Positions 49,271 to 58,810 of a DNA stretch of 64,000 bases are shown here, in pieces; within the stretch, counting starts at the first letter, position 1; each line of letters opens with the position of its first letter. Made by a program: the position numbers and the translations under genes. The stretch lies in the IMG/VR virus record IMGVR_UViG_3300037504_000149. One strand, given 5' to 3'. Source of the stretch: a virus. Its lineage: Duplodnaviria > Caudoviricetes. Under the pieces are notes generated by a model. The model had not been told where the DNA came from. It ran no database searches and saw nothing but the letters and a program-made list of their open reading frames with translations.

Positions 49271-49773
49271 GTAAGATATTTTGGAAAGAATTAAGAAATA
49301 TTGAATATATCTCCTATAAGAGTTTAGCGAAGTTTATTGATATATTAGGAGGAGATGGTATTACCCTAGAACAATTTCGTGAAGCTTGTAAGGAGAAAGT
49401 ATTTTCTTTTCCCAATGCTGTTAAAGTAGCTACAGCATTACATCTTCCTAATTGGAAGAAGGCTTTAGGGAAGGTGGTAGCTCACGTACATTCTAAAACT
49501 GAAGAGGGTTATAAAGATAAAGATGATTATTTACATAATCAGAAAGCCCTTGAAGAGGGCAGGCTAGAAGATATAAATATAGCTGCTGCTGAGGCTGCTG
49601 CTAAGGCTAATGATGGTATTTGGGCTGGTGAGGCTGCTAGGCGGGCAGGTGATACTACTTTGGCTGCTGAGGCTATTAGGATTGCTTGGGCTGCTGAGGC
49701 TGCTACTTGGGCTAATGATAACGTAAATGATCTTATTGACATCTACTTTGATGTATTGAAAGCTGCTGATTAA
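49267..49773 (+). CDS. Ala/Trp-variable paralog family member 12
   Basis: Family framework. Confidence 0.8.
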   Translation: MSKIFWKELRNIEYISYKSLAKFIDILGGDGITLEQFREACKEKVFSFPNAVKVATALHLPNWKKALGKVVAHVHSKTEEGYKDKDDYLHNQKALEEGRLEDINIAAAEAAAKANDGIWAGEAARRAGDTTLAAEAIRIAWAAEAATWANDNVNDLIDIYFDVLKAAD

Positions 49774-50010
49774 GACTATCAAGTTAATTGAATCTGTACT
49801 AAAAGGATATGGTATGACTAAACGGCAGAAAGAAGTTCTGATGGTTCTAGTGAATAGCCACCCCCTCCCTACTGCATTAACTGCTCCAGATCATCGAGTA
49901 GCTAAAAATACAATAAAGAAGGGGTGGGTTACACGAACTGAAGAAGCTATACCACGATATAGCTTAACAGAGAGTGGCATTAAAGCGTGCAAAGATTATA
50001 ATCTAATGTA

Positions 50011-50394
50011 CTAATATACGTAAGCGTATACATCAATTACAGCATTATTAGCTGAAAACTCTAGCTGGACATCTAGGCCATGTAAAACTTCATCGAACGC
50101 AAAAGCCCAATTATCTGCGCCATCAATTACTTCTGGGTATGAACTGGAAACACTGACTAAATTTGATGATGAGACACCTTCCTTAATATCTAATGTAGTA
50201 GCTACATTATTAGTTACAATTACAATACCTCGTAAACGTTTAAATAATGTTTTAGTGGTTAGCTCACTATAAGTAGATATCACTGTCGATAATTTATCAG
50301 ATGTTACGGTCACACCATTTGGAATACTATAAGATGTTTGATTGATTAGTTCATAACGATGATCGATACTACTAAAAGGATTTAATGTAGGCAT
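50011..50394 (-). CDS. Hypothetical beta-rich protein, possibly structural
   Basis: AGGAG RBS and TGGTATAAT upstream on the minus strand. Confidence 0.55.
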   Translation of the reverse strand: MPTLNPFSSIDHRYELINQTSYSIPNGVTVTSDKLSTVISTYSELTTKTLFKRLRGIVIVTNNVATTLDIKEGVSSSNLVSVSSSYPEVIDGADNWAFAFDEVLHGLDVQLEFSANNAVIDVYAYVY

Positions 50395-50449
50395 GATTCT
50401 CCTGTTTGAATTGTTTTCGCTATAATTATACCACAACGCCCGAAAAATC

Positions 50450-50478
50450 TTGAAATTCCTAGCGACGTATGTTATACT
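50450..50478 (+). promoter_or_regulatory. Sigma70 promoter for tRNA cluster
   Basis: TTGAAA-17-TATACT with TG, 13 bp before tRNA-Phe. Confidence 0.8.
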
Positions 50479-50491
50479 GTATTCGGATTAC

Positions 50492-50569
50492 GGTGAGGTA
50501 GCTCAGTAGGTAGAGCACCTGGTTGAAGCCCAGGGTACTGCGGGAGTTCGATTCTCCCCCTCACCACCA
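50492..50569 (+). tRNA. tRNA-Phe(GAA)
   Basis: Cloverleaf, CCA. Confidence 0.9.
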
Positions 50570-50573
50570 ATAT

Positions 50574-50647
50574 AGCGGAGTAGCTTAGTGGTAAAGCAGG
50601 TGGCTGATAACCGCCAGATGGCAGTTCAATTCTGCCCTCCGCTACCA
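50574..50647 (+). tRNA. tRNA-Ile(GAT)
   Basis: Cloverleaf, CCA. Confidence 0.9.
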
Positions 50648-51785
50648 TTAAAGGAGTAAGTGTATGGGCACCATTAGATACAAAAATATCAAGAACAAAC
50701 TTCATACTTCCTTATTTAATAATAATTACAAATATGTTGACACAAAACGTATAGCAGCATCTAATACACAATATAACATTGGCGATATATTTTCAGGGGC
50801 TGGTGGATTAACGCTAGGTTTTCAAATGGCAGGTTATAATCCAATATTTAGTGCAGAATTAGACAAAGATGCATCTGCAACATATAAAAATAATTTTCCA
50901 AATACTTATCATTATAATGGGTATATACAAAATATAAGTAAAAATATGGCATTAAATGCAATTGGTGAAAATAAAATACACATATTATGTGCAGGTTTTC
51001 CGTGTCAGGGCTTTTCTATTGCAGGTGCAAGGAATGCTACAGATAAAAGAAATCAGTTATTTAAGGAGTTTATAAGATTTACAAACTATTTTAAACCATG
51101 GTTTGTTGTTGGTGAAAATGTTCCGGGAATTATAACGCTAAATAAGGGCAAATTTTATGACCTTATTATTAACAGTTTTAAAGAAATAGGTTACCCAAAT
51201 ATGTCTGTTCTTATTTTGGAGTCTGCCGATTATGGTGTTCCACAATATAGACCAAGAGCGATATTTATTGCTAATCGTTTTGGATTGGTAAATCCGTATC
51301 CTAAAGAAATATATAATACTAATGAACATATCAGCATAGAGAACGCTATTGATGATTTAAAATATGTTCCTAGAAATCCAGATATAAATCATGAATGGAC
51401 TCGTCACTCTAAAACAATGGAAGAACGTATTTCTTATGTAAAAGCTGGAGGCTCTCTTTATGACAGCTATACAGATGCATGGAAAAGACAATATAAAGGT
51501 AAACCTTCGATGACAATAAAAGAAAACCACGGTGGTGTCCATATTCATTATGAACTAAATAGAACCATTTCTGCAAGAGAAATGGCTCGTTTACAAAGCT
51601 TCCCTGACTCGTTTATTTTCAAGGGCAGGATGAAACGTGTAATGTTTCAAGTTGGTAACGCAGTACCACCTCTCCTAGCTTATCACATTGGACTTGCGCT
51701 TAAGCCGTCGTTGGTCGAAATTGAACAATTAAAGTTAGGAACTTAACATCCTATTGAACTGCCCTCCGCTACCATTAAAGGAGTA
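50632..51785. mobile_element. Single-gene islet bounded by 27-bp direct repeats of the tRNA-Ile 3' end
   Basis: CTGCCCTCCGCTACCATTAAAGGAGTA at 50632-50658 and 51759-51785; AT-rich interior. Confidence 0.75.
50664..51746 (+). CDS. dcm: C5-cytosine DNA methyltransferase
   Basis: FSGAGG, GFPCQGFS, ENVPG, QYRPR, RLQSFPD, GNAVPP. Confidence 0.93.
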   Translation: MGTIRYKNIKNKLHTSLFNNNYKYVDTKRIAASNTQYNIGDIFSGAGGLTLGFQMAGYNPIFSAELDKDASATYKNNFPNTYHYNGYIQNISKNMALNAIGENKIHILCAGFPCQGFSIAGARNATDKRNQLFKEFIRFTNYFKPWFVVGENVPGIITLNKGKFYDLIINSFKEIGYPNMSVLILESADYGVPQYRPRAIFIANRFGLVNPYPKEIYNTNEHISIENAIDDLKYVPRNPDINHEWTRHSKTMEERISYVKAGGSLYDSYTDAWKRQYKGKPSMTIKENHGGVHIHYELNRTISAREMARLQSFPDSFIFKGRMKRVMFQVGNAVPPLLAYHIGLALKPSLVEIEQLKLGT

Positions 51786-52214
51786 TGTGTGCGTAAAGGT
51801 ACAAAATCATTACTTAAGTGGCTAGGTATCATAACTGTATTGAGCTTTACAGGTTTAATTTTCTTTACAGTTATAATACCTATGTTATTACCAGCTATTG
51901 TTCTTACACTAGCTGTGATTGGTGTTATTTATTTACTGTCTAGATACCTCTAAAGGAGTTTACTGTGAAAAATCTTTTCAAGAAACAACCCTTGGCTATG
52001 TGGATTGGTGTATTCTTTCTAGGCATCGTCCTTACAGCATTAGCCATTAAACTCTTTCCTCTCTTCTGTGTTGTCGTAGGTTTGAGTTTGGTCAGTCTTC
52101 TAGTTATAGGTCCGAAAAGCATTAAGCAGTTGTTTATGCGAGCTAAACGGATTCATATGATTAACGAGGCTGGCAAAGCTGGTAAATACAAGCATACACT
52201 AGACTAAAATTTAC

Positions 52215-52291
52215 TCCCCGGTAGCTCAGTTGGATAGAGCACCTGACTACGAATCAGGGTGTCGGAGGTTCAAGTCCTCTCCGGGGAACCA
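52215..52291 (+). tRNA. tRNA-Arg(ACG)
   Basis: Cloverleaf, CCA. Confidence 0.92.
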
Positions 52292-52311
52292 ACACACTCT
52301 AAGGGGATATT

Positions 52312-52635
52312 ATGGCAAAAGCAAGTAAATCATTACAGAAAAGTAAAGATCGTAAAATAAGAATTGAAGACTGGGTTATCGAAGCTGTAAAACCTGAACG
52401 TAGGCATAAATCTACTGGTTTTATAGCAATGGCATCAGGTATAGACAAGGCAGTTTTAAAAGGTATCATCTATAATCATCCTGATTATGATGATGGTGAG
52501 GAAGTAGAAATTTACGATATAGTAAACTACGATTACAACCTAAGAGTAGCCCGTACTGGGTCGTATGAAATTAAATTAGGCCAACCTACTAAAGATTACG
52601 TCAAGTGGTTACATCAAAACGGATACGTCTACTAA
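52312..52635 (+). CDS. Hypothetical protein
   Basis: IEDW...L.G.IYNHP..DDGE phage-type motif. Confidence 0.6.
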   Translation: MAKASKSLQKSKDRKIRIEDWVIEAVKPERRHKSTGFIAMASGIDKAVLKGIIYNHPDYDDGEEVEIYDIVNYDYNLRVARTGSYEIKLGQPTKDYVKWLHQNGYVY

Positions 52636-52649
52636 AGAAAGGGCATAGC

Positions 52650-53999
52650 ATGGATAAGACAACCGCTAACTGTGAAGAGTTTACCCCTATGGATGGCCAG
52701 CATAAGGTATCTAAAGCCTTTACTTATATTCCAACTATTGAAAGGCATCTGATTAAGTATGCTTTGACCAAGTTGTTAGAGGACAATCCACCTATCATGT
52801 TTTCGCGTGCTAGTGACTTCACTAACGCACCTCCCACTTTAACTATTAAGGTGGGTTATGAGCAGCAAGCGCAGGTAGTTGATAACGCTTTTGTTTTATG
52901 GGAAGATTGTGTATTACGTTACTGGGAGGCTCAAGTAGGTAATGAAATACATTTGTTTGTAGACATACTTGGGCAATCACCTGAAATTGTGGAGGATTAC
53001 GAAAAGCTGTACAAAGAGTATATACAGCGTCACAACTTCTACCAGGGCAAGACTCTTAAGTTCACTCGCGAAGGACTAGAGTTTATGCCTGCCGTAGACC
53101 GTCCGTGGGAATCGGTTGTCTACGATGACGATACTAAAACCGACATCCTACTTAACACTTATGAATTTCTGAGCGACGAAAAATATCATGTTGTGGGCAA
53201 AAAACGTGGTATCCTGCTGGAAGGGCCTCCGGGAACAGGTAAAACCTCAATGGTAAAGGCTATCTTCCATAAGCTGCGTGAAAACGGAATTACACAGATT
53301 TACCTGTCCGATGACTGTTTTAGTCAGATGAGTGTCGATGCTATGTTTAGGTTTTTTGATACTTATCTTGCTCCAGGCTTGATGGTGTTTGAGGATATTG
53401 ACACCATTGGTGAGAGTAGAGAATCCAAGAGTTCAATACTTATTGGCTCTCTACTAACTAAGTTTAACGGTATCAACGATTTAACTAACCCCATTGTGAT
53501 GATGGCAACCACTAACCGGATGGAAGTGTTAGATCAAGCGTTGACGCGACCTCAGCGATTTAACCGAACAATTACTTTTGGATACCCCGAGTATGATATA
53601 CTTGTATCTATATTCGAGAGATTGTTTGGGTTTGAACCTCCTGAAAAACTACATGATATGCATGAGGAGGGGAATAGCGTTAAACAGGCAGGTAAGTTTA
53701 AAAACACTAAACTTACAGGAGCCCACATCGAGGATATATACCAAAACGCTAAGATGCTAGCTATCAAACGGGATAGTACAGTAGAGGAGTGTTTAGATGA
53801 TGCGATGGAGCTAACACGAAAGAACTTCATCACAAGCATTGGTAGTGAAAGTATCACCAGGGGATTTGGTTTTGGAGCTGGTATAGCTAAAGGAAGTAAA
53901 AAAGAGGAAGATACCCTTGTAGAATTAGACTCCCCCGATAAAAAAGAGGATGATGATCCTAAACGCGACCTCCCCAAAGATCCCGTAGATGAAGAATAA
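52650..53999 (+). CDS. AAA+ ATPase
   Basis: Walker A GPPGTGKT, Walker B VFEDID, ATTNR, RPQRF. Confidence 0.9.
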   Translation: MDKTTANCEEFTPMDGQHKVSKAFTYIPTIERHLIKYALTKLLEDNPPIMFSRASDFTNAPPTLTIKVGYEQQAQVVDNAFVLWEDCVLRYWEAQVGNEIHLFVDILGQSPEIVEDYEKLYKEYIQRHNFYQGKTLKFTREGLEFMPAVDRPWESVVYDDDTKTDILLNTYEFLSDEKYHVVGKKRGILLEGPPGTGKTSMVKAIFHKLRENGITQIYLSDDCFSQMSVDAMFRFFDTYLAPGLMVFEDIDTIGESRESKSSILIGSLLTKFNGINDLTNPIVMMATTNRMEVLDQALTRPQRFNRTITFGYPEYDILVSIFERLFGFEPPEKLHDMHEEGNSVKQAGKFKNTKLTGAHIEDIYQNAKMLAIKRDSTVEECLDDAMELTRKNFITSIGSESITRGFGFGAGIAKGSKKEEDTLVELDSPDKKEDDDPKRDLPKDPVDEE

Positions 54000-54103
54000 C
54001 TTTCTTCAAAAGTCGAGCTGTACCGGCTTAAGGGTAGATATAAGTACGGTTGATATACCTGAAGTAGAAACTACCCATTCCTGAACTAGAACAAAGAGGT
54101 AAT

Positions 54104-54508
54104 ATGTTCTACCAGATTAAGAAATTGTTAACTATTGGATTATTGTTAGTAGCTCTTCTTCTAGGAATTGAGCTTATAGGAAGTGCTCAAGGAATAGCAG
54201 AAGCAATGGAAGTTAAAGAAGATATGGGCAGAATAGCTGCTCAATACGAACAAATGCAAATTAACTTTGGAGTGATGGCACGTACTCTCCAAGGTCAAAT
54301 ATATAAGATTGAGTATTTAGAAAAAGAACGTGAAGCTTTGTTTGAGCTTACGTCAAACACTCGACCAGCATCTCATTACACAACTAATGACGCTTGGCGT
54401 GAGCCTTTTGAGTCATGGGCTGAGCAGTTCAATGATGATGCAGTAGAGCAAGCTTTGGGTTCGGGTGGATTTGAACTTACGGATCCTAACGAAATTCCGG
54501 GTGAATAA
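54104..54508 (+). CDS. Membrane-anchored coiled-coil protein
   Basis: N-terminal TM helix; GAGG RBS. Confidence 0.55.
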   Translation: MFYQIKKLLTIGLLLVALLLGIELIGSAQGIAEAMEVKEDMGRIAAQYEQMQINFGVMARTLQGQIYKIEYLEKEREALFELTSNTRPASHYTTNDAWREPFESWAEQFNDDAVEQALGSGGFELTDPNEIPGE

Positions 54509-54510
54509 CC

Positions 54511-54539
54511 TTGACTTTTTCAGTGAGTTATGCTATACT
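54511..54539 (+). promoter_or_regulatory. Sigma70 promoter for tRNA cluster
   Basis: TTGACT-17-TATACT with TG. Confidence 0.75.
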
Positions 54540-54552
54540 TGTAGTGTTGAAT

Positions 54553-54644
54553 GGCAGGGTGCTAGAGTTGGCTGAATAGGACAGGCTGTAAACCTGTTGC
54601 CGATGTGCTGAACACCGGGGGTTCAAATCCCTCCCCTGTCACCA
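54553..54644 (+). tRNA. tRNA-Tyr(GTA)
   Basis: Cloverleaf with long variable arm, CCA. Confidence 0.88.
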
Positions 54645-54721
54645 CGCGAGGCGTGTAAGGTTTGGGGATTTTCGCTACCTTAAGATGATACTATGTATCG
54701 CCATATACGCCTTGCATCATA

Positions 54722-54795
54722 GCCCCGGTAGCCAAATGGTAAGGCGGGGGATTGCAAATCCCTGATTATCGGTTCAAGTCCGTTCTGGGGCTCCA
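54722..54795 (+). tRNA. tRNA-Cys(GCA)
   Basis: Cloverleaf, CCA. Confidence 0.88.
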
Positions 54796-55079
54796 AAAAA
54801 TTATGAACAGACACAACGCCAGCACAGATTATATTGCCGCTGAAGAGTGGGATCAATACTTTGAGCACACTTTACGTGCGGTAAATATACAACACATTAG
54901 CGATCCGGGCCTTAAAGAGGCTATTAAAAGATGGCGACGTATTCAAAACATCTTTACAAAACATCAACATGATTATGGCGTTCCAACCAATGATGATAGC
55001 TTGTATGAGAGAGCTGATTATTGGTACGAACGAGCAAGAACACTATATAAACAGCAGCAACTAGATGTGTGATTACATT

Positions 55080-55157
55080 GGGCCTGTAGCTCAGTTGGTT
55101 TAGAGCCCCCGCCTCATAAGCGGTTGGTCGTGGGTTCAAGTCCCACCAGGCCCACCA
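55080..55157 (+). tRNA. tRNA-CAT (probably Ile2; Met possible)
   Basis: CAT anticodon; GGGCCTG acceptor stem resembles Ile tRNAs. Confidence 0.85.
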
Positions 55158-55177
55158 ACTATCCTAAGGAGAAATGT

Positions 55178-55381
55178 ATGGAAGCCACAAAGAATAGTCT
55201 ACGTAAAGCAGGTGGTATAGGGTTTTCAGGATTACTAACTGTAGCTTTTGTTGTACTTAAACTAACTAATGTAATTGATTGGAATTGGTTTTGGGTATTA
55301 AGTCCGCTGATTATACCTACAGGAATGATCATGCTGCTCATTGGTATATTACACGTTTTTGGTCCAAAACATCTAAACTAG
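55178..55381 (+). CDS. Small phage membrane protein
   Basis: GIGFSGLLTVAFVVLKLTNVIDWNWFWVLSP. Confidence 0.75.
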   Translation: MEATKNSLRKAGGIGFSGLLTVAFVVLKLTNVIDWNWFWVLSPLIIPTGMIMLLIGILHVFGPKHLN

Positions 55382-55457
55382 TGGCAGGTGGCCTAATGGC
55401 TAAGGCACCCGGCTGTTAACCGGATGATTGAGGGTTCAAGTCCCTCCCTGCCAGCCA
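55382..55457 (+). tRNA. tRNA-Asn(GTT)
   Basis: Cloverleaf, CCA. Confidence 0.9.
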
Positions 55458-55503
55458 AACATTACCCAGTAGCGAAAGAAGTGACACTTAGGAAGGACGC
55501 ACC

Positions 55504-56277
55504 ATGCCTGGTTACAAAGGTACACCTACTTCCATCGATTACAACGACACACCTCAAGAGGGCGTAGCTGTGTCTGATAAGATGGCATCACCTAGATATA
55601 CTGGATTGCATTACACTTTAGGCGGTCCAGGTAAGTTGGGTATTGATGCTGTAGAATACATAACTACTGGTAAACGTGGTAGTGGGCGTTCTCTACACAC
55701 TACTTCTGGATATCAAAAATTCGTAGATGGCTTACGTGGTGCTACGTCTAAGTATCTGCTCAATTTTATTAAGAATATCAATGATCGTAAAGTATTCTTT
55801 AGCACTAGGAGTTATAAAGAAATCGTAGAGTTAGCGAGCCTTAAGACTGTAAATATTGAACTTTGTGGTACATGGCACGAGTTTAGCGCTGTACACACCG
55901 AAGTGGCACCGTCTATAGATACATTACTAGATGGAGTTAATGCCGCAGAAACAGATACTTGTACTATATTCTATGATGGTAAACAATTCCAATTCGTAAA
56001 ACAACAGGAAACTGTAACATCACCTGTATTACGTTTTAGCTTTAGAAGCTTGTACGATCCTAAATACTTAGCTTTACTAGACTATAAGATCGCCAATAAT
56101 GTAAAAGCGAAAGATGCTTGGGAGTTACGAGCATATAGAGATGAGCAATGCAAGCAAGAAGCTGCAAGTAATATTGAGGGCTTGGAGAATGAGATTAATA
56201 AACTTGTCCGACGTAGAAAGGAGCTGCTGGAAGGTACTTGTAAATTGTACACATGCACATATGAGGAACAAATATGA
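55504..56277 (+). CDS. Hypothetical protein
   Basis: 257-aa ORF with RBS. Confidence 0.55.
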   Translation: MPGYKGTPTSIDYNDTPQEGVAVSDKMASPRYTGLHYTLGGPGKLGIDAVEYITTGKRGSGRSLHTTSGYQKFVDGLRGATSKYLLNFIKNINDRKVFFSTRSYKEIVELASLKTVNIELCGTWHEFSAVHTEVAPSIDTLLDGVNAAETDTCTIFYDGKQFQFVKQQETVTSPVLRFSFRSLYDPKYLALLDYKIANNVKAKDAWELRAYRDEQCKQEAASNIEGLENEINKLVRRRKELLEGTCKLYTCTYEEQI

Positions 56278-56981
56278 TACAGTTTATATGTAATAATAAT
56301 TATAAAGAGGCATCAACACTTAGCAGAATATACCAACACATGACCAATGGTAGTCCTTGGGCAATAATATCAGCGTCCCATACTCAGTATATAGACGGCG
56401 AGCCTGTAGGGGGAAAAGAGCTTCCAGAAAATGAAGATCGTATGTTTGATATGATAGAAGAATTCTATACTTTAGAGGACGGCCAACCGACAGGGTATAT
56501 TCCGATAGATGGTGTTTGGTGTGAAATAATTGAAAAAGATAAAAATGATAAGCCTATAAAAATAGACATACAGTTCGAAGATTCCTTATTTATACCTAAT
56601 ATGTCATACTCAGAAGTTGTTGCGTTAGGTGGTAATTTTGATCAGCATTCTGTTTTTTGGGGTAGTGGGGAATCGTTTGATGATAGCTATTATTTAGACT
56701 TAGATGAAAACGTAGCACATAGAATACTTAATTGGAGAATTTTACCTCATACGGAAAAAGAACGTGATATTAGATTCGGTACAGAGGATGAAACTAAGGA
56801 TACTGATAAAGAGAAATATCGTAAAGATCATCCTTCTTGGGAACTATTATCTGATGAGGAAAAAGCGAAGAAAGAGTTAGAGGATTCTTCAGGTGCTACA
56901 AGAATCCCCGGAGACAGAAACTTCATTTTCGATATAGAGTGGGATAAAACTTCCGATCCCTTCGAAAACGATAGAGATTAA
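56274..56981 (+). CDS. Large-phage hypothetical protein (DUF3293-like)
   Basis: LSRIYQH...WAIISA...EDSLFIPN...FDQHSVFW. Confidence 0.55.
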   Translation: MIQFICNNNYKEASTLSRIYQHMTNGSPWAIISASHTQYIDGEPVGGKELPENEDRMFDMIEEFYTLEDGQPTGYIPIDGVWCEIIEKDKNDKPIKIDIQFEDSLFIPNMSYSEVVALGGNFDQHSVFWGSGESFDDSYYLDLDENVAHRILNWRILPHTEKERDIRFGTEDETKDTDKEKYRKDHPSWELLSDEEKAKKELEDSSGATRIPGDRNFIFDIEWDKTSDPFENDRD

Positions 56982-56988
56982 GTATTAC

Positions 56989-57065
56989 GGGCGGTTAGCT
57001 CAGTTGGTTAGAGCGCTTGGCTTACATCCAAGAGGTCGTGAGTTCGAGTCTCACACTGCCCACCA
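56989..57065 (+). tRNA. tRNA-Val(TAC)
   Basis: Cloverleaf, CCA. Confidence 0.92.
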
Positions 57066-57073
57066 ATTGCTCT

Positions 57074-57159
57074 GCCGGAGTGGCGAAATGGAAGACGCGG
57101 AAGATTCAAAATCTTCTAAAGGTTACTTTGTGTGGGTTCAAATCCCACCTCCGGCACCA
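57074..57159 (+). tRNA. tRNA-Leu(CAA)
   Basis: Cloverleaf, long variable arm, CCA. Confidence 0.9.
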
Positions 57160-57172
57160 CTTAAGGAGTATT

Positions 57173-57697
57173 GTGTATAAAGCCGACTATATAAACAATA
57201 CCTATGAAGCATTTGAGTTAGGTAGTACCAGTTATAATACTGAGCATGATTGGCAGCTTAACGGCGTATTATTCTTAACTGAAGTAGAAGATGGAAAAAC
57301 ACCTAGTTTATTACCACTGATCAAGTCAATAGATTTTAGTAAAAATTATATACTAGGCTTAGTAACTAAATTTCAAGATCAAAAAATAATTTTCTGCCCT
57401 CCCATTGTAGGTAATTTATGGGCTATGCTATACTCTTTAGATAATAATGATCATATCGCTGATGCATTTTCAGAAATAGAGTTTACTAAGGATCTACAGA
57501 ACGCAGCAGTATATTTAACTCATAGTGGTAAGTGGAGTGTTGAAAATACTAATAATTTAGTACCATTTCCTTTTGGAAGAATACGACGAGTGGTTTTACA
57601 TGATGAAGATATCGATGTTCCATTCTTTACAATGCTTTGGTATCCTCAAGCATTTACCGCTATACAAGAAATTCACGCTAGAATAGATAAGGAGTAA
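57173..57697 (+). CDS. Hypothetical protein
   Basis: AAGGAG RBS before GTG 57173, after the tRNAs. Confidence 0.55.
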   Translation: MYKADYINNTYEAFELGSTSYNTEHDWQLNGVLFLTEVEDGKTPSLLPLIKSIDFSKNYILGLVTKFQDQKIIFCPPIVGNLWAMLYSLDNNDHIADAFSEIEFTKDLQNAAVYLTHSGKWSVENTNNLVPFPFGRIRRVVLHDEDIDVPFFTMLWYPQAFTAIQEIHARIDKE

Positions 57698-57699
57698 GT

Positions 57700-58170
57700 A
57701 TGTATTTACAAGAATTTTTAAACAACTCTTACACAGGGCTTAGAGAAGGTACGTTAAAATTAGAAAATGATACTGATGAAGAGCTATCAGTGGATACGTT
57801 TAAGAAACTTTACACTGAATTGAAGACTCACGGAGTAATTCCAAATAAGGCTTTCAAACATTTAACACTACACTTAGAAAAAGCTAGTGATGATCTAGGG
57901 CATACGTGGTACAATGTATATGCTTCTGATGGAATTACGCCAGTTAAGATTGGTTTAGAGGCGATAACTTGGGAGCAATGGCTAGGTATACAAGTCGATC
58001 CTGCTGTAGTTGATCGAGGTTTAGTTGCTGCTTGTGTTATTGCAGAAGCTATGACAGAATTTGGTTCGTCGTACTATGAGCATCGAAAAGCGGTAGCAGA
58101 ATTTTCTGCTATTATGGAACAGCAACATTCTGCTGATGAGGATTCAGAAATTGTCAAAGAGCTACATTAA
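57700..58170 (+). CDS. Hypothetical protein
   Basis: AAGGAG RBS. Confidence 0.6.
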   Translation: MYLQEFLNNSYTGLREGTLKLENDTDEELSVDTFKKLYTELKTHGVIPNKAFKHLTLHLEKASDDLGHTWYNVYASDGITPVKIGLEAITWEQWLGIQVDPAVVDRGLVAACVIAEAMTEFGSSYYEHRKAVAEFSAIMEQQHSADEDSEIVKELH

Positions 58171-58666
58171 AAGCTTTGGGTATAGACAATTTTACTACCG
58201 TAACCATCTTGTTAGGCGTGCATATTCAAGATGTGATCTAGCGCTTAATCCTCGTGATTTGGAAAGAATTAAAACTAAATTACGTAAAGGATACACTAGA
58301 TTAGCTGAGGAAAACAACAAGTATTTAATTCACGAAGTCACTTTAGGTAAGTCTGTTATTTTTGCTGTTATTGATAAAAGTAGTAAACGATTAGTGACAT
58401 TTCTCAATAGTCTAGATTGTAAATTTTCACGTAGTAAAGAGTTAGAAACCGATGCTTTTAGGTTTTATAAGTATGTATTAAGACCACAAGACCTAAAGCA
58501 AATAACTAAATTGATACAGTCTAACCGTAGTTTACCATGTGGTAAAGCTAACGATAGATATAGTGTTAGGCAAGTTAATTACGACAAAATAAGTTTTCTT
58601 GTAGAGTATGACAAGAGATCACACAAAGTAACAGCTTTCCTGCCACCCGAGATGAAGTGTAGATGA
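58136..58666 (+). CDS. Basic protein with two tandem homologous domains
   Basis: L.P.DL..I...V.DK....VT.L repeated twice; start uncertain. Confidence 0.55.
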   Translation: MRIQKLSKSYIKSFGYRQFYYRNHLVRRAYSRCDLALNPRDLERIKTKLRKGYTRLAEENNKYLIHEVTLGKSVIFAVIDKSSKRLVTFLNSLDCKFSRSKELETDAFRFYKYVLRPQDLKQITKLIQSNRSLPCGKANDRYSVRQVNYDKISFLVEYDKRSHKVTAFLPPEMKCR

Positions 58667-58674
58667 ACTACCGT

Positions 58675-58750
58675 GGGAGAAGTAGTCTAACGGTCAAGAC
58701 AACTGGTTGTGGCCCAGTCGATTCCAGTTCAACTCTGGACTTCTCCCCCA
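58675..58750 (+). tRNA. tRNA-His(GTG) with encoded G-1
   Basis: G-1 plus GGAGAAG/CTTCTCC stem, C73, CCA. Confidence 0.88.
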
Positions 58751-58810
58751 ACTTTTGCAACTATAACTAGCATGGTTAGTGCTTGTTAGCATTATACCGA
58801 AGGAGACATC

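Noticed and set aside
19715-49773. Diversity-generating retroelement behind the variable paralogs
   Set aside because: There is no reverse transcriptase in the window, and the variation is in length and triplet order rather than adenine-specific substitution.
20404-49782. Leu-rich and Ser-rich alternative-frame ORFs over the paralogs
   Set aside because: By-products of GCT repeats lacking stop codons in other frames.
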